From contig JBGAHO010000013.1 of NCBI GenBank assembly GCA_044226195.1, positions 16,465 to 80,464 of the forward strand: a stretch of 64,000 nucleotides of DNA. The letters run 5' to 3'. The notes below the pieces were generated by a model. It saw only the letters and a program-made list of their open reading frames with translations. It did no database searches and was not told the origin of the DNA. Of the stretch, positions 40,627 through 50,238 are shown one piece after another (within the stretch, counting starts at the first letter, position 1; every line of letters starts with the position of its first letter). Source of the stretch: Steroidobacteraceae bacterium (GTDB lineage Bacteria > Pseudomonadota > Gammaproteobacteria > Steroidobacterales > Steroidobacteraceae). Position numbers and translations under genes: made by a program.

Positions 40627-42174
40627 ATGAAGCCACGTATCGCCTGGTTGCTCGCCGCCCTGCTGCTGCCCGCCCTGCCGGCGTGGTCCGCCAGCGACGA
40701 CGACGCCAAGAAGAAGCCGGACGCCGCCCAGGCCGGCGACAAGGAAAAGGACAAGGACGTGCCGGAGGGCAAGACCTGGGTCACCAGGCACGTGATCACG
40801 GTCGGCGGCGTCAAGATCGCCTACACGGCGACGGCCGGCACGGTCCAGATGAAGAACGACAAGGACGAGCCCATCGCCCTGTTCGGCTACACGGCCTACA
40901 CGCGCGACGGCGCGGACCCGCGCACGCGGCCGATCGTCTTTGCATACAACGGCGGCCCCGGCTCGGCGTCGGCGTGGCTGCACATGGGCATCCTCGGCCC
41001 GAAGCGCACCGTGCTGAAGGACCTGGAGTCGAACACCACCGGCCCGTTCCGCAGCGTCGACAACGAGTACACCATCCTCGACCGCGCCGACCTCGTGATG
41101 ATCGACCCGGTCGGCACCGGCTATTCGCGCGTCATCGGCAAGGGTGACGGCAAGGACTTCTGGGGCGTCGACCAGGACATCGAGTCGGTCGCCAAGTTCA
41201 TCGTGCGCTACCTGGGCGACAACAACCGCTGGTCGGCGCCGAAGTTCATCCTCGGCGAGAGCTACGGCGGCATGCGCACGGCGGGCGTCAGCTACGAGCT
41301 GCTCACCAAGCACGACGTCGCGCTGAACGGCATCGTGCTGGTGTCGCCGTACCTCGACTTCGGCTCGGGCAATGCAGGCCTCGGCCTCGACGTGCCCTAC
41401 GTGAACTTCCTGTCCACCTTCGCGGCCACCGCCTGGTACCACAACATGGTGCCGAACCGCCCGGCCGACCTGCAGGCCTTCCTGCGCGACGTCGAGCAGT
41501 TCGCGCAGACCGTCTATGCGCCCGCGCTGTTCAAGGGCGCCCGCCTGTCCGCCGAGGAACGCAAGACTGTGCTCGCCGGCCTCGCGCGTTACACGGGCCT
41601 GTCCGAGGATTACTGGGACAAGGCCAACCTGCGCATCGACGAAGGCCGCTTCCTGCAGGAGCTGATGCGCAGCCGCGGCCTCGTGGTCGGCCGCATCGAC
41701 ACGCGCTACACGGGCGGCACGCTCAACCCGCTCGGCGAGTCGATGTCCTACGACCCGTACAGCAGCTCGGTCGCGCCGGCCATCGTGGCGACGTTCAACG
41801 ACTACTACCGCGGCGAGCTGAAGGTCGAGTCGGATCGTCCGTACGTGCTGTCCGGCCGCCTCTACCGCGACTGGGACCAGCAGCACGACGAGCCCGGCCG
41901 CGGCAAGGTGCCTTACGCCAACACCATCTCGGACCTCTCGCACGCGATGACGCTGAACCCGAAGATGAAGGTGCTGGTGCAGTCGGGCTACTTCGACCTC
42001 GCCTGCCCGTACGGCACGGTGAACTACGCCATCGAGCACCTCGACGTGGCACCCGCCCTGCGCGGCAACGTCACGATCGAGCACTACGAGGCCGGGCACA
42101 TGATGTACGTGCACCCGGCGTCGATGGTGAAGTTCAAGCAGGACCTCGCCGCCTTCGTCGACGCGAATAAATAG
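40627..42174 (+). CDS. Secreted S10-family serine carboxypeptidase
   Basis: ORF 515 aa. Signal peptide MKPRIAWLLAALLLPALPAWSA and the nucleophile motif GESYGG. Confidence 0.8.
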   Translation: MKPRIAWLLAALLLPALPAWSASDDDAKKKPDAAQAGDKEKDKDVPEGKTWVTRHVITVGGVKIAYTATAGTVQMKNDKDEPIALFGYTAYTRDGADPRTRPIVFAYNGGPGSASAWLHMGILGPKRTVLKDLESNTTGPFRSVDNEYTILDRADLVMIDPVGTGYSRVIGKGDGKDFWGVDQDIESVAKFIVRYLGDNNRWSAPKFILGESYGGMRTAGVSYELLTKHDVALNGIVLVSPYLDFGSGNAGLGLDVPYVNFLSTFAATAWYHNMVPNRPADLQAFLRDVEQFAQTVYAPALFKGARLSAEERKTVLAGLARYTGLSEDYWDKANLRIDEGRFLQELMRSRGLVVGRIDTRYTGGTLNPLGESMSYDPYSSSVAPAIVATFNDYYRGELKVESDRPYVLSGRLYRDWDQQHDEPGRGKVPYANTISDLSHAMTLNPKMKVLVQSGYFDLACPYGTVNYAIEHLDVAPALRGNVTIEHYEAGHMMYVHPASMVKFKQDLAAFVDANK

Positions 42175-42191
42175 GGGACATTCCTCTTTTT
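42174..42191. repeat. REPIN-like repeat, copy 4 (solo left arm)
   Basis: GGGGACATTCCTCTTTTT immediately follows and shares the TAG stop of the S10 gene. No matching right arm occurs before the next gene. Confidence 0.8.
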
Positions 42192-42244
42192 CGTGCCTGC
42201 CCGCCGCGAAACCGGTCCGGCGGGTCAGGCCGAAGGGACGAGAC

Positions 42245-43747
42245 ATGCGGAAGCCTCTCGTCGCCTTCGGGCTCGGTCTCCTGGCCGGTTCGGTCCCGCT
42301 CGCCGAACCGGCCCCCGCCCTTCCGACCCCGACGCGCAGCATTGCGGCCGCGGATCTGCGCTCCGACGCCGACCTGCTGCTGAAGGCCTACGGGGCCCTG
42401 CACCCGGGCCTGCATCGCTATCGCACGCCGGCGGAGATCGACGCCGCCCATGCCTCGCTGATGCGCGAATTCCGCCGCGACCGCACGCTGGCGGACGCGT
42501 ACCTGGCGATCTCGCGTTTCACGACGTACATCGAGTGCGGCCACACCTACGCCAATTTCTACAACCAGGGCGACGCGGTGCGCGATGCCCTGCTGCGCTC
42601 GCTCCGCGTGCCGTTCGAGTTCCGCTGGATCGATCGCCGCATGATCGTGACGCGCAGCTTCGCCGAGGCGCCCGAACTGGGCCGTGGCGCCGAAGTGCTC
42701 TCCATCGACGGTCACGCCGCGAGCCGGATCCTCGACGGGTTGTTGCCTTACTCGCGCGCGGACGGCGCCAACACCGCCAAGCGCATCGCGAACCTGGAGG
42801 TCCAGGGGTTCGATCGCATCGAGGCTTTCGACGTGTTCTTCCCGCTCGTCTTTCCACGGCGGGCCGGGGCGCCGTTCGAGCTCGTCGTGCGGCCGGCGCC
42901 GGGCGCCGCGGCACGCAAGATCCAGGTACCTGCGATGGCCTACGACGCGCGGCCGCAGCCTGGCGGGGATCCCGAGGGCGACGCCAACCCCTGGGAGTAT
43001 CGCGACCTGCGCGCCGGGGTCGGCTACCTGCGCATGGGCAACTGGGCGCTCTACGACTCGAAGTTCGACTGGCATTCGTACCTCGAGGGGGTCTTCGCGG
43101 ACCTCGTGGCACGGCAGGTGCCGGACCTCGTCATCGACCTGCGCGGCAACGAAGGCGGCCTGAGCGTGGGCGACGAGTTGCTCTCGCACCTGACGGCGAG
43201 CGACCTGCCGGTCGAACCGGTCGTGCGCAAGACCCGGTATCGCAGGGTGCCCGAGGAGTTCCGCCCGGTCTTGAGCACCTGGGACCAGAGCTTCTACGAC
43301 TGGGGCGATGCGGCCGTGGACCTCGGCGACGGCTTCTTTCGCCTGACGAAGTACGACGACGATCCGGCCGGTGCCGTCGTGCGGGCGAAGGCACCGAGGT
43401 ATGCCGGACGCGTCTGGGTGCTGATCGGTGCGGTGAACAGTTCCGCGACCTTCGAGTTCGCCTCGGCGATCCGGCGCAATCGCCTAGGCACGCTCGTCGG
43501 CCAGCCGACGGGCGGCAACCAGCGCGGCATCACGGGCGGCGCGTTCTTCTTCATGACCCTGCCGAAGTCGGGCATCGAGGTGGACGTGCCGCTGATCGGG
43601 CAGTTCCCGGTGTCGTCGAAACCGTTGCCGGATGCAGGCCTCGAGCCCGACGTCTACGTGCAGCCAACGGTTCGCGACATCGCCGACGGCCGCGACGCCG
43701 AACTCGCCGCCGTCCTCACCCGCATCGAAAAAATACGGGGAAAATAG
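42245..43747 (+). CDS. Secreted S41-family peptidase
   Basis: ORF 500 aa with a signal peptide. VIDLRGNEGG and VLIGAVNSSATFEFASAI are typical of the S41 catalytic domain. Confidence 0.75.
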   Translation: MRKPLVAFGLGLLAGSVPLAEPAPALPTPTRSIAAADLRSDADLLLKAYGALHPGLHRYRTPAEIDAAHASLMREFRRDRTLADAYLAISRFTTYIECGHTYANFYNQGDAVRDALLRSLRVPFEFRWIDRRMIVTRSFAEAPELGRGAEVLSIDGHAASRILDGLLPYSRADGANTAKRIANLEVQGFDRIEAFDVFFPLVFPRRAGAPFELVVRPAPGAAARKIQVPAMAYDARPQPGGDPEGDANPWEYRDLRAGVGYLRMGNWALYDSKFDWHSYLEGVFADLVARQVPDLVIDLRGNEGGLSVGDELLSHLTASDLPVEPVVRKTRYRRVPEEFRPVLSTWDQSFYDWGDAAVDLGDGFFRLTKYDDDPAGAVVRAKAPRYAGRVWVLIGAVNSSATFEFASAIRRNRLGTLVGQPTGGNQRGITGGAFFFMTLPKSGIEVDVPLIGQFPVSSKPLPDAGLEPDVYVQPTVRDIADGRDAELAAVLTRIEKIRGK

Positions 43748-43799
43748 GGCACATTCCTCTTTTTCGGGGTCGCCCGGTAAAGAAAAGAGGAATGTCCCC
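43747..43799. repeat. REPIN-like inverted repeat, copy 5 (about 18-nt loop, one arm mismatch)
   Basis: GGGCACATTCCTCTTTTT (43747-43764) ... AAAAGAGGAATGTCCCC (43783-43799). Confidence 0.85.
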
Positions 43800-43810
43800 C
43801 ATTACCCCCA

Positions 43811-44563
43811 TTACAGGAACACGTCGCCGCCGTTCGGGCTGATGCACTGTCCCTGGTAATGGCGGCCGTCCTCGCTCGCGAGGAACACGTAGCTCGGCAC
43901 GATGTCGTCCACCTCTGCGAGGCGGCCGAGCGGGATCGACTGGCGGATCTGCTCGAGCAGGTCCGGCGGCACATCGGCCAGGATCGGCGTGCGCGTCGCC
44001 CCGGGCGCCACGCTGTTCACCGTCACGCCGCGGTCGCCGACTTCGAGGGCGACCGTGCGCGTGAACGAGAGAATCGCGCCCTTCGCCGCGGTGTAGTGCG
44101 CGAAGCCCGGCGCGCCCTTGTACGCCAGCTGCGACGCGGTGTTGATGATGCGGCCCCAGCCGCGCTCGAGCATCGGCGGCAACAGCTCGCGCGTCATGAG
44201 GAACGTGCCGCGCAGGTGCACCGCGATCACACGGTCCCACTGCTCGACGGGGATGTCCTGCACCGGCGCCGCGGCCGCGATGCCGGCGTTGTTGACGAGG
44301 ATGTCCACGTGCCCGAACTTGTCGAGCGCCACGGCGCACATCCGCTTCGCGTCGGCCTCCTCCGCCACGTCCGCCTGCACCGCGATCGCGCGCCGCCCGA
44401 GCGCGATGATCGTCTCGCACACTTCGCGCGCATTGGCGGCCTGGTCCGCGACCGGGTAGTTCACGACGACGTCCGCGCCTTCGCGCGCGAACGCAATCGC
44501 CACGCCGCGACCGATGCCGGAACTGCTGCCCGTGACGAGGGCGATGCGCTGGGCGAGTTTCAT
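43811..44563 (-). CDS. SDR family oxidoreductase
   Basis: ORF 250 aa with TGSSSGIGRG, NNAG and YTAAKGA (YxxxK). Confidence 0.88.
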   Translation of the reverse strand: MKLAQRIALVTGSSSGIGRGVAIAFAREGADVVVNYPVADQAANAREVCETIIALGRRAIAVQADVAEEADAKRMCAVALDKFGHVDILVNNAGIAAAAPVQDIPVEQWDRVIAVHLRGTFLMTRELLPPMLERGWGRIINTASQLAYKGAPGFAHYTAAKGAILSFTRTVALEVGDRGVTVNSVAPGATRTPILADVPPDLLEQIRQSIPLGRLAEVDDIVPSYVFLASEDGRHYQGQCISPNGGDVFL

Positions 44564-44564
44564 G

Positions 44565-45917
44565 TCATTTCCCGATGCAGAAGCTGCCGAAGATCCGGCC
44601 GAGCAGCTCGTCGCTGCTGACCTGCCCCGTGATTTCGCCGAGGTTGCGCTGCGCCTCGAGCAACTCCTGCGCGACGAGCTCGCCCGCGTGCCGGTCTACC
44701 AACAGGCGGTGCGCCTCCTCCACGTGGGCCCGCGAGCGGCGCAGTGCCTCGAGATGTCGCGTGCGCGCCGTGAGAGCGCCCTCCGGCGACGGGTGAAAAC
44801 CGATGCAGCCCTTCAGGTGCGCGCGCAGACCGTCCACGCCACCGCCCGAGGATGCGCAGAGATAGACCCGCGTGGGCGTTCCCTCCTCCACGCGCGCGGG
44901 CTCGCCGCTCACGTCGATCTTGTTGTAGACGATGGTGCACGGCACGTCGGCCGGGAGTTGCGCCAGGTCGCCATCGATGCCGGCCAGCGCGACCGGATCC
45001 GCGGAATCGACGAGAAACAGCACGCGATCGGCGCGCGCGATCTCCTGGCGTGCGCGACGGATGCCCTCGACCTCCACCTCATCGGCCGCTTCGCGCAGGC
45101 CCGCCGTGTCGATCACGTGCAGCGGCAGGCCGTCGATCTCGATGCGTTCGCGCAGCACGTCGCGCGTCGTGCCGGGCACTGCCGTGACGATCGCGGCCTC
45201 GTAACCCGCGAGCCGGTTGAGCAGGCTCGACTTGCCCGCATTGGGCCGGCCGGCGATCACCAGGCTCAGGCCGTCGCGCAGCAACGCGCCCTGGCGCGCG
45301 GTCTCCGCGAGCTCGGCGAATCGCCGCCGCAGGAACTCCATGCGTTCGGTGAGGGCACGATCCTGCAGGAAGTCGATCTCCTCCTCGGGAAAGTCGATCG
45401 CGGCCTCGGTCCACATGCGCAGCTCGAGCACGCGCTCGGCCAGCTCGTGCACCTGCATGGAGAACTCGCCCTGCAGGGAGCGCACCGCCGCACGGGCCGC
45501 CTGGGCCGACCCGCTGTCGATGAGGTCGGCGATGGCTTCGGCCTGCGCGAGGTCGAGCTTCTCGTTGAGAAAGGCCCGTTGCGTGAATTCGCCGGGGCCG
45601 GCGGCGCGGGCGCCGAGCGCAAGCGCGCGGCGCAACAACTCGTTGAGCACGACCGGCCCGCCGTGGCCGTGCAGCTCCAGCACGTCCTCGCCGGTGTAGG
45701 AGCGCGGGCCTGGGAAAAAGAGTGCGAGCCCGGTGTCGATCGGCTGGTGGTCGGCCGCGAGGAAATCGCACAAGGTGGCGACGCGCGGCGCGGGCATCTC
45801 ACCGATCAGTGCCGTGGCGATCCGCCGGCAGTCGGGCCCGGAGAGTCGCACCACGCCGATGCCCGCCCGGCCGGGGGCGGTGGCGATCGCGGCGATGGTG
45901 TCGGAGCTCGGGGACAT
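44565..45917 (-). CDS. mnmE: tRNA modification GTPase MnmE (TrmE)
   Basis: ORF 450 aa, MSPSSDTIAAIATAPGRAGIGVVRLSG. G1 motif GRPNAGKSS and the C-terminal CIGK. The ATG (45915-45917) lies inside repeat copy 6. Confidence 0.95.
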   Translation of the reverse strand: MSPSSDTIAAIATAPGRAGIGVVRLSGPDCRRIATALIGEMPAPRVATLCDFLAADHQPIDTGLALFFPGPRSYTGEDVLELHGHGGPVVLNELLRRALALGARAAGPGEFTQRAFLNEKLDLAQAEAIADLIDSGSAQAARAAVRSLQGEFSMQVHELAERVLELRMWTEAAIDFPEEEIDFLQDRALTERMEFLRRRFAELAETARQGALLRDGLSLVIAGRPNAGKSSLLNRLAGYEAAIVTAVPGTTRDVLRERIEIDGLPLHVIDTAGLREAADEVEVEGIRRARQEIARADRVLFLVDSADPVALAGIDGDLAQLPADVPCTIVYNKIDVSGEPARVEEGTPTRVYLCASSGGGVDGLRAHLKGCIGFHPSPEGALTARTRHLEALRRSRAHVEEAHRLLVDRHAGELVAQELLEAQRNLGEITGQVSSDELLGRIFGSFCIGK

Positions 45918-46005
45918 TCCTCGTTTCCCGTCGTGCGCGCCGAATGCCGGAAAGCCGCGTACCGACCTGCTGGATCCCCGGTCCCGGAAAAAGAGGAATG
46001 TCCCC
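45910..46005. repeat. REPIN-like inverted repeat, copy 6 (61-nt loop)
   Basis: GGGGACATTCCTCGTTT (45910-45926) ... AAAAAGAGGAATGTCCCC (45988-46005). Occupies the yidC-mnmE intergenic space. Confidence 0.88.
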
Positions 46006-46007
46006 TA

Positions 46008-47702
46008 TTAACCGGGTTTCTTGGATTCGGCCTCGACCACCTTGTTGATCTTCCACTGCTGGAGGATCGACAGGCCGGTGTTGGTGATCCAGTACAGCAC
46101 GAGGCCGGCCGGGAACCACGCCATCATCACGGTCATGATGAGCGGCATGAAGGCGAACATCTTCGCCTGCATCGGGTCCGGCGGCGCCGGCTGCAGCTTG
46201 AACTGGCCGAACATCGCCGCGCCCATGATCGCCGGCAGGACGAAGTACGGGTCCTTCGACGACAGGTCCTGGATCCAACCGAAGAACGGCGCCTGGCGCA
46301 TCTCGACGCTCTCGAGCAGCACCCAGTAGAACGCGAGGAACACCGGGATCTGGATCACGATCGGCAGGCAGCCGGCGAGCGGATTGATCTTCTCGCGCTT
46401 GTACAGCTCCATCATCTGCTTGGCGAGCTGCTCGCGGTCGTCCTTGTAGCGCTCCTGGATGTTCTTGATGCGCGGCTGGATGGCCCGCATCTTCGCCATC
46501 GAGCGGCCGCTGGTCTCGGTCAGCTTGTAGAACAGCAGCTTGAGCAGGATCGTCACGATGATGATCGCGAGGCCCCAGTTCTGGACGAACTTGTGGACCT
46601 TCTCGAGCAGCCAGAAGAGCGGATCGGCGATCGGCCAGAGCCGGCCGTAGTCCGCCGTGCGTTCGAGCTTCGGGCCGGTCGCGGCCAGCTGCTCCTGCAG
46701 CTTCGGGCCGACGAACAGCGTCTCCTTGAATTCGGCCTTCGCGCCCGGGGCCACGGCCTTGAGCGGGCCGCGGTACGTGATCAGCGAATGCTCGCCCTCG
46801 CGACGCAGCGTGTACTCGTACTGCTCCGTCACCGGCGGCACGGCCGCCGCGACGAAGTGGTGCTGCATCTCGGCCATCCAGCCGCCGACGATGGTCTGCG
46901 TGAACTTCGCGTCCTCTTCCTTGCTGGCGTCGAGCTTCTGCGGCAGCTTGCCCGCGTACACCGCCGGCCCGCGGTACGAGTAGCTCTCGACGTCGAACAT
47001 CGAGCGCTTCTGCGAATACATGTGGCGCGCGAACTGCACGTAGGACGCGGCGCGCCACGGCGTGGACGAGGCGTTCTGCACGTCGTAGTCGACGTCGATC
47101 GCGTAGTGGCCCGGCTTGAAGACGAAGGTCTTCATCACGGTCACGCCCTGCCCGTCCGTCCAGGTGAGCGGCACGCGCAGTTCCTGGCCCGGCACCATGC
47201 GGTACTCGGCCGCGGTCGTGGTGAACATGGCGAGGTGGGTCGGGTCGGCGCGGCCGTCCGCGGCACGCAGGCCCGAGCGCATCACGCTGTAGGTCGCGTC
47301 ATCGGTGGTGAGCAGGCGCACCGGCGGGCTGCCGGCCTGCTTGTCGCGCGGGTACTTCAGCAGGTCGGCGCGCAGCAGCTCGCCGCCACGCAGGCTGATG
47401 TCCATGTCGAGCACGTCGGTGACCACGTGCACGACCGGGGCCGGCGTGGACTCCGGCGTGGCCGGAGCCGCCGGGACCGCTGCGCCCGGCGCAGCGGCTG
47501 CCGTGGCTGCGGGCGTGCTGGCGGCCGTCGGCAGATCGGGCAACTGGGTGCCGGGCGCGGACTTGGCCGCGGTCGCGGCTGCCGTGGTGGCCGATGCGGG
47601 AGCGACGACGCCGTGCGCGCCGTAGTCGCGGTCCCATTGGACGACGTTCATCCACAGCAGCAGGCCCAGGCCGATCCAGAGGTACAGACGCGGGTTATCC
47701 AT
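46008..47702 (-). CDS. yidC: Membrane protein insertase YidC
   Basis: Inside ORF 46008..47822. ATG at 47702 (checked) gives [23 protein letters not shown]. Conserved C-terminal TM core. 564 aa. Confidence 0.95.
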   Translation of the reverse strand: MDNPRLYLWIGLGLLLWMNVVQWDRDYGAHGVVAPASATTAAATAAKSAPGTQLPDLPTAASTPAATAAAAPGAAVPAAPATPESTPAPVVHVVTDVLDMDISLRGGELLRADLLKYPRDKQAGSPPVRLLTTDDATYSVMRSGLRAADGRADPTHLAMFTTTAAEYRMVPGQELRVPLTWTDGQGVTVMKTFVFKPGHYAIDVDYDVQNASSTPWRAASYVQFARHMYSQKRSMFDVESYSYRGPAVYAGKLPQKLDASKEEDAKFTQTIVGGWMAEMQHHFVAAAVPPVTEQYEYTLRREGEHSLITYRGPLKAVAPGAKAEFKETLFVGPKLQEQLAATGPKLERTADYGRLWPIADPLFWLLEKVHKFVQNWGLAIIIVTILLKLLFYKLTETSGRSMAKMRAIQPRIKNIQERYKDDREQLAKQMMELYKREKINPLAGCLPIVIQIPVFLAFYWVLLESVEMRQAPFFGWIQDLSSKDPYFVLPAIMGAAMFGQFKLQPAPPDPMQAKMFAFMPLIMTVMMAWFPAGLVLYWITNTGLSILQQWKINKVVEAESKKPG

Positions 47703-47943
47703 GACTCGGTCGCTTGCAGGGTTCGTGGGCGGTATCCGGCACGGGGTCGTAACCGCCGGGATTCCAGGGATGGCAGCGGCAGATGCGGCGCGTGGCGAGC
47801 CACGACCCTTGCAGCGCGCCATGACGCTCGAGCGCTTCGAGCGCGTAGCTCGAGCACGACGGGTAGAAGCGGCAGTTCTGCCCGAGCAACGGGCTGATGA
47901 ACCACCGGTACAGCTTGACGAGGAAGGTCAGGAGCGTGCGCAT
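47695..47943 (-). CDS. yidD: Membrane protein insertion efficiency factor YidD
   Basis: ORF 82 aa with [26 protein letters not shown]. Confidence 0.93.
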   Translation of the reverse strand: MRTLLTFLVKLYRWFISPLLGQNCRFYPSCSSYALEALERHGALQGSWLATRRICRCHPWNPGGYDPVPDTAHEPCKRPSHG

Positions 47944-48293
47944 CGGCGGACGATCCTATCCCAATGCGCCGCGAGGCTGGCACGGATCTCGGCGCTGGTC
48001 GCCTGGGTCGCCGCGGAGCGGGCATTGACCACGAGATCCAAGGGCGGCAGCTCCTGCTGGCGATGACGGAAGGATTCGCGGGCGAGTCGCTTGAGTCGGT
48101 TGCGGCGGACCGCGTTGCCGGCCGCCTTGATGCCGACGGCGAGGCCGAGTCGCGCGTGGGACAGGCCGTTTGGCCGCGCGATCACCGTGAACAATGCATC
48201 CGACGACCGCTGGCCCTCGCGGTGCACGGCGTCGAACTGCGGCTTGTCGGTGAGGCGTCGGTCCCGGGGAAAACTGCGCGCGGTGGGCGAAAT
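47928..48293 (-). CDS. rnpA: RNase P protein component (start codon unclear)
   Basis: Inside ORF 47928..48551. [22 protein letters not shown]...[10 protein letters not shown] is RnpA-like. No ATG, GTG or TTG lies near the expected N-terminus. In-frame ATT at 48293 or CTG at 48323 are the only candidates. Confidence 0.8.
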   Translation of the reverse strand: MSPTARSFPRDRRLTDKPQFDAVHREGQRSSDALFTVIARPNGLSHARLGLAVGIKAAGNAVRRNRLKRLARESFRHRQQELPPLDLVVNARSAATQATSAEIRASLAAHWDRIVRRCARS

Positions 48294-48319
48294 GGCGGCG
48301 CGCTGCGTGGGGGCCGTCC

Positions 48320-48454
48320 TCAGACGGCCAGGCGCTTGCGGCCCTTGGCGCGGCGACGGCTCAGGACGAGGCGTCCGCCCTTGGTGGCCATGCGCGCACG
48401 AAAGCCGTGGACTCGCTTGCGGTGCAGGTTGCTCGGGTTGTAAGTGCGCTTCAT
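48320..48454 (-). CDS. rpmH: 50S ribosomal protein L34
   Basis: Inside ORF 48320..48523. [44 protein letters not shown], 44 aa. Confidence 0.97.
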   Translation of the reverse strand: MKRTYNPSNLHRKRVHGFRARMATKGGRLVLSRRRAKGRKRLAV

Positions 48455-48563
48455 CTTCGGCTCCGTGGTGCCCGAAACTGGACCAGAAACAACAGGATGC
48501 ACTGGTCGACAGAGGGCCGGCAAGGATACGCACCGCGCCGGGCGGAGTCAACCGCGAACAAAG

Positions 48564-48572
48564 ATATCCACA
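48564..48572 (+). promoter_or_regulatory. DnaA box (8/9 match to TTATCCACA) upstream of dnaA
   Basis: ATATCCACA in the rpmH-dnaA intergenic region. Confidence 0.5.
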
Positions 48573-48647
48573 GGCTGGAGGGCGGTATACACTCCCGCCC
48601 CCTTCCCTTGCCCTGCCGTCACAGCCCGCCTAGAAGGCCCGCCGGTC

Positions 48648-50030
48648 GTGGAGACTTCGCTCTGGAACCAGTGCCTCCGTCGGCTCGAAGCGGAGCTCAC
48701 GGAACAGTCGTTCAACACCTGGATCCGGCCCCTGCAGGCCGTCGAGGACGGTGGCCGCCTGCGCCTGCTCGCCCCGAACCGCTATGTGGTCGACTGGGTG
48801 AACCAGAACTGCGCCTCCCGGATCGGTGAGCTGCTGGAAGAACTGGTTCCCCCGCCGGCGCCGACGGTGGTCCTCGAGGTCGGGTCCCGCCGGGCCGCGC
48901 CGACGGCCGTGCCGGTGGCCGAGGGCATCAGCCCTCCACCCCCGCCCGCGGCGAAGTCCACAGCAACGGTCGACCCGCGCGCCAGGCGCGAGGCCCCGGT
49001 CCTGCAGTTCGGCGGGCGACTGAATCCCGATTTCACCTTCGCGAACTTCGTCGAGGGCAAGAGCAACCAGCTGGCGCGGGCCGCGGCCGTGCAGGTCGCC
49101 GAGAATCCCGGCCGGGCCTACAACCCGCTGTTCATCTACGGCGGCGTCGGTCTGGGCAAGACGCACCTGATGCACGCCATCGGCAACCAGATCCGGGCGA
49201 AGAACCCGAATGCGCGCGTGGCCTACGTGCACTCCGAGCGCTTCGTGGGCGACATGGTGCGCGCCCTGCAGCACAACACGATCAACGAGTTCAAGCAGGC
49301 GTACCGCACGCTCGACGCGCTGCTGATCGACGACATCCAGTTCTTCGCGGGCAAGGAGCGCTCGCAGGAAGAGTTCTTCCACACCTTCAACACGCTGCTC
49401 GAAGGCCAGCAGCAGGTGATCCTCACCTGCGATCGCTACCCGAAGGAAGTCGAGGGACTCGAGGAACGCCTGAAGTCGCGGTTCGGCTGGGGTCTCACGG
49501 TGTCGATCGAGCCGCCCGAGCTCGAGACCTGCGTGGCGATCCTGATGAGCAAGGCCTCGACGAGCGGCGCGGAAGTGCCGGAAGAAGTGGCCTTCTTCGT
49601 CGCCAAGCGCATCCGCTCGAACATCCGCGAGCTCGAGGGCGCGATGCGCCGCGTGATCGCGAACTCGCAGTTCACCGGCCGGCCGATCACGCTGGAATTC
49701 GCGAAGGAAGCACTCAAGGACCTGCTCGCGCTGCAGGAGCGCCTGGTCACCATCGAGAACATCCAGAAGACCGTCGCGGAGTACTACAAGATCCGCGTCG
49801 CGGACTTGCTGTCGCGGCGGCGCAGCCGGTCGATCACGCGGCCGCGGCAGGTCGCGATGGCGCTCGCGAAGGAACTGACGAATCACAGCCTGCCGGAGAT
49901 CGGCGACGCTTTCGGCGGTCGCGATCACACGACGGTGCTGCACGCGTGTCGAGTGGTGAAGGAACTGCGCGAATCGCAGACCCGTCTCGCCGAGGAATAC
50001 CAGAACCTGTTGAGAACCCTGGCAGGATGA
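48648..50030 (+). CDS. dnaA: Chromosomal replication initiator protein DnaA
   Basis: Inside ORF 48444..50030. A GTG at 48648 gives (M)[33 protein letters not shown]+ Walker [11 protein letters not shown] and the C-terminal DNA-binding DHTTVLHA. The start is a best guess. Confidence 0.93.
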   Translation: METSLWNQCLRRLEAELTEQSFNTWIRPLQAVEDGGRLRLLAPNRYVVDWVNQNCASRIGELLEELVPPPAPTVVLEVGSRRAAPTAVPVAEGISPPPPPAAKSTATVDPRARREAPVLQFGGRLNPDFTFANFVEGKSNQLARAAAVQVAENPGRAYNPLFIYGGVGLGKTHLMHAIGNQIRAKNPNARVAYVHSERFVGDMVRALQHNTINEFKQAYRTLDALLIDDIQFFAGKERSQEEFFHTFNTLLEGQQQVILTCDRYPKEVEGLEERLKSRFGWGLTVSIEPPELETCVAILMSKASTSGAEVPEEVAFFVAKRIRSNIRELEGAMRRVIANSQFTGRPITLEFAKEALKDLLALQERLVTIENIQKTVAEYYKIRVADLLSRRRSRSITRPRQVAMALAKELTNHSLPEIGDAFGGRDHTTVLHACRVVKELRESQTRLAEEYQNLLRTLAG

Positions 50031-50042
50031 GGTGGAAGAACC

Positions 50043-50051
50043 TGTGGATGA
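50043..50051 (-). promoter_or_regulatory. DnaA box (8/9 match, TGTGGATGA) just after the dnaA stop
   Basis: Seen in the dnaA-dnaN intergenic region. A weaker TCCACA core lies at about 50069-50074. Confidence 0.4.
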
Positions 50052-50238
50052 AACGGCGGGCCCGGCGGTCCACATTTCATGCACAGGCTGCAGACAGGCA
50101 ACCTAGCGGCTGCCCGCAGGCTTGAAAGATTCGCAAGCGCCGGCCCATTCAGGGGAAAATGCCGTTTTGCACAGGCGGAGCCTGTGCTAGATATTGCAGT
50201 CATTGGATTCTTAAATAAGAAAACCCGGATATAGAAAG

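Noticed and set aside
38879-42342. ORFs 38879..40630 (+, 583 aa) and 40621..42342 (-, 573 aa)
   Set aside because: Antisense shadows of the WS/DGAT and S10 peptidase genes respectively.
12092-46005. Recurring GGGGACATTCCTCTTTTT motif considered as a CRISPR array
   Set aside because: Copies are kilobases apart, occur as inverted pairs and have no regular repeat-spacer periodicity. No cas genes are present.
44514-47897. 1127-aa plus-strand ORF
   Set aside because: Antisense to mnmE and yidC, which are unmistakable. It crosses a repeat element and has low-complexity composition.
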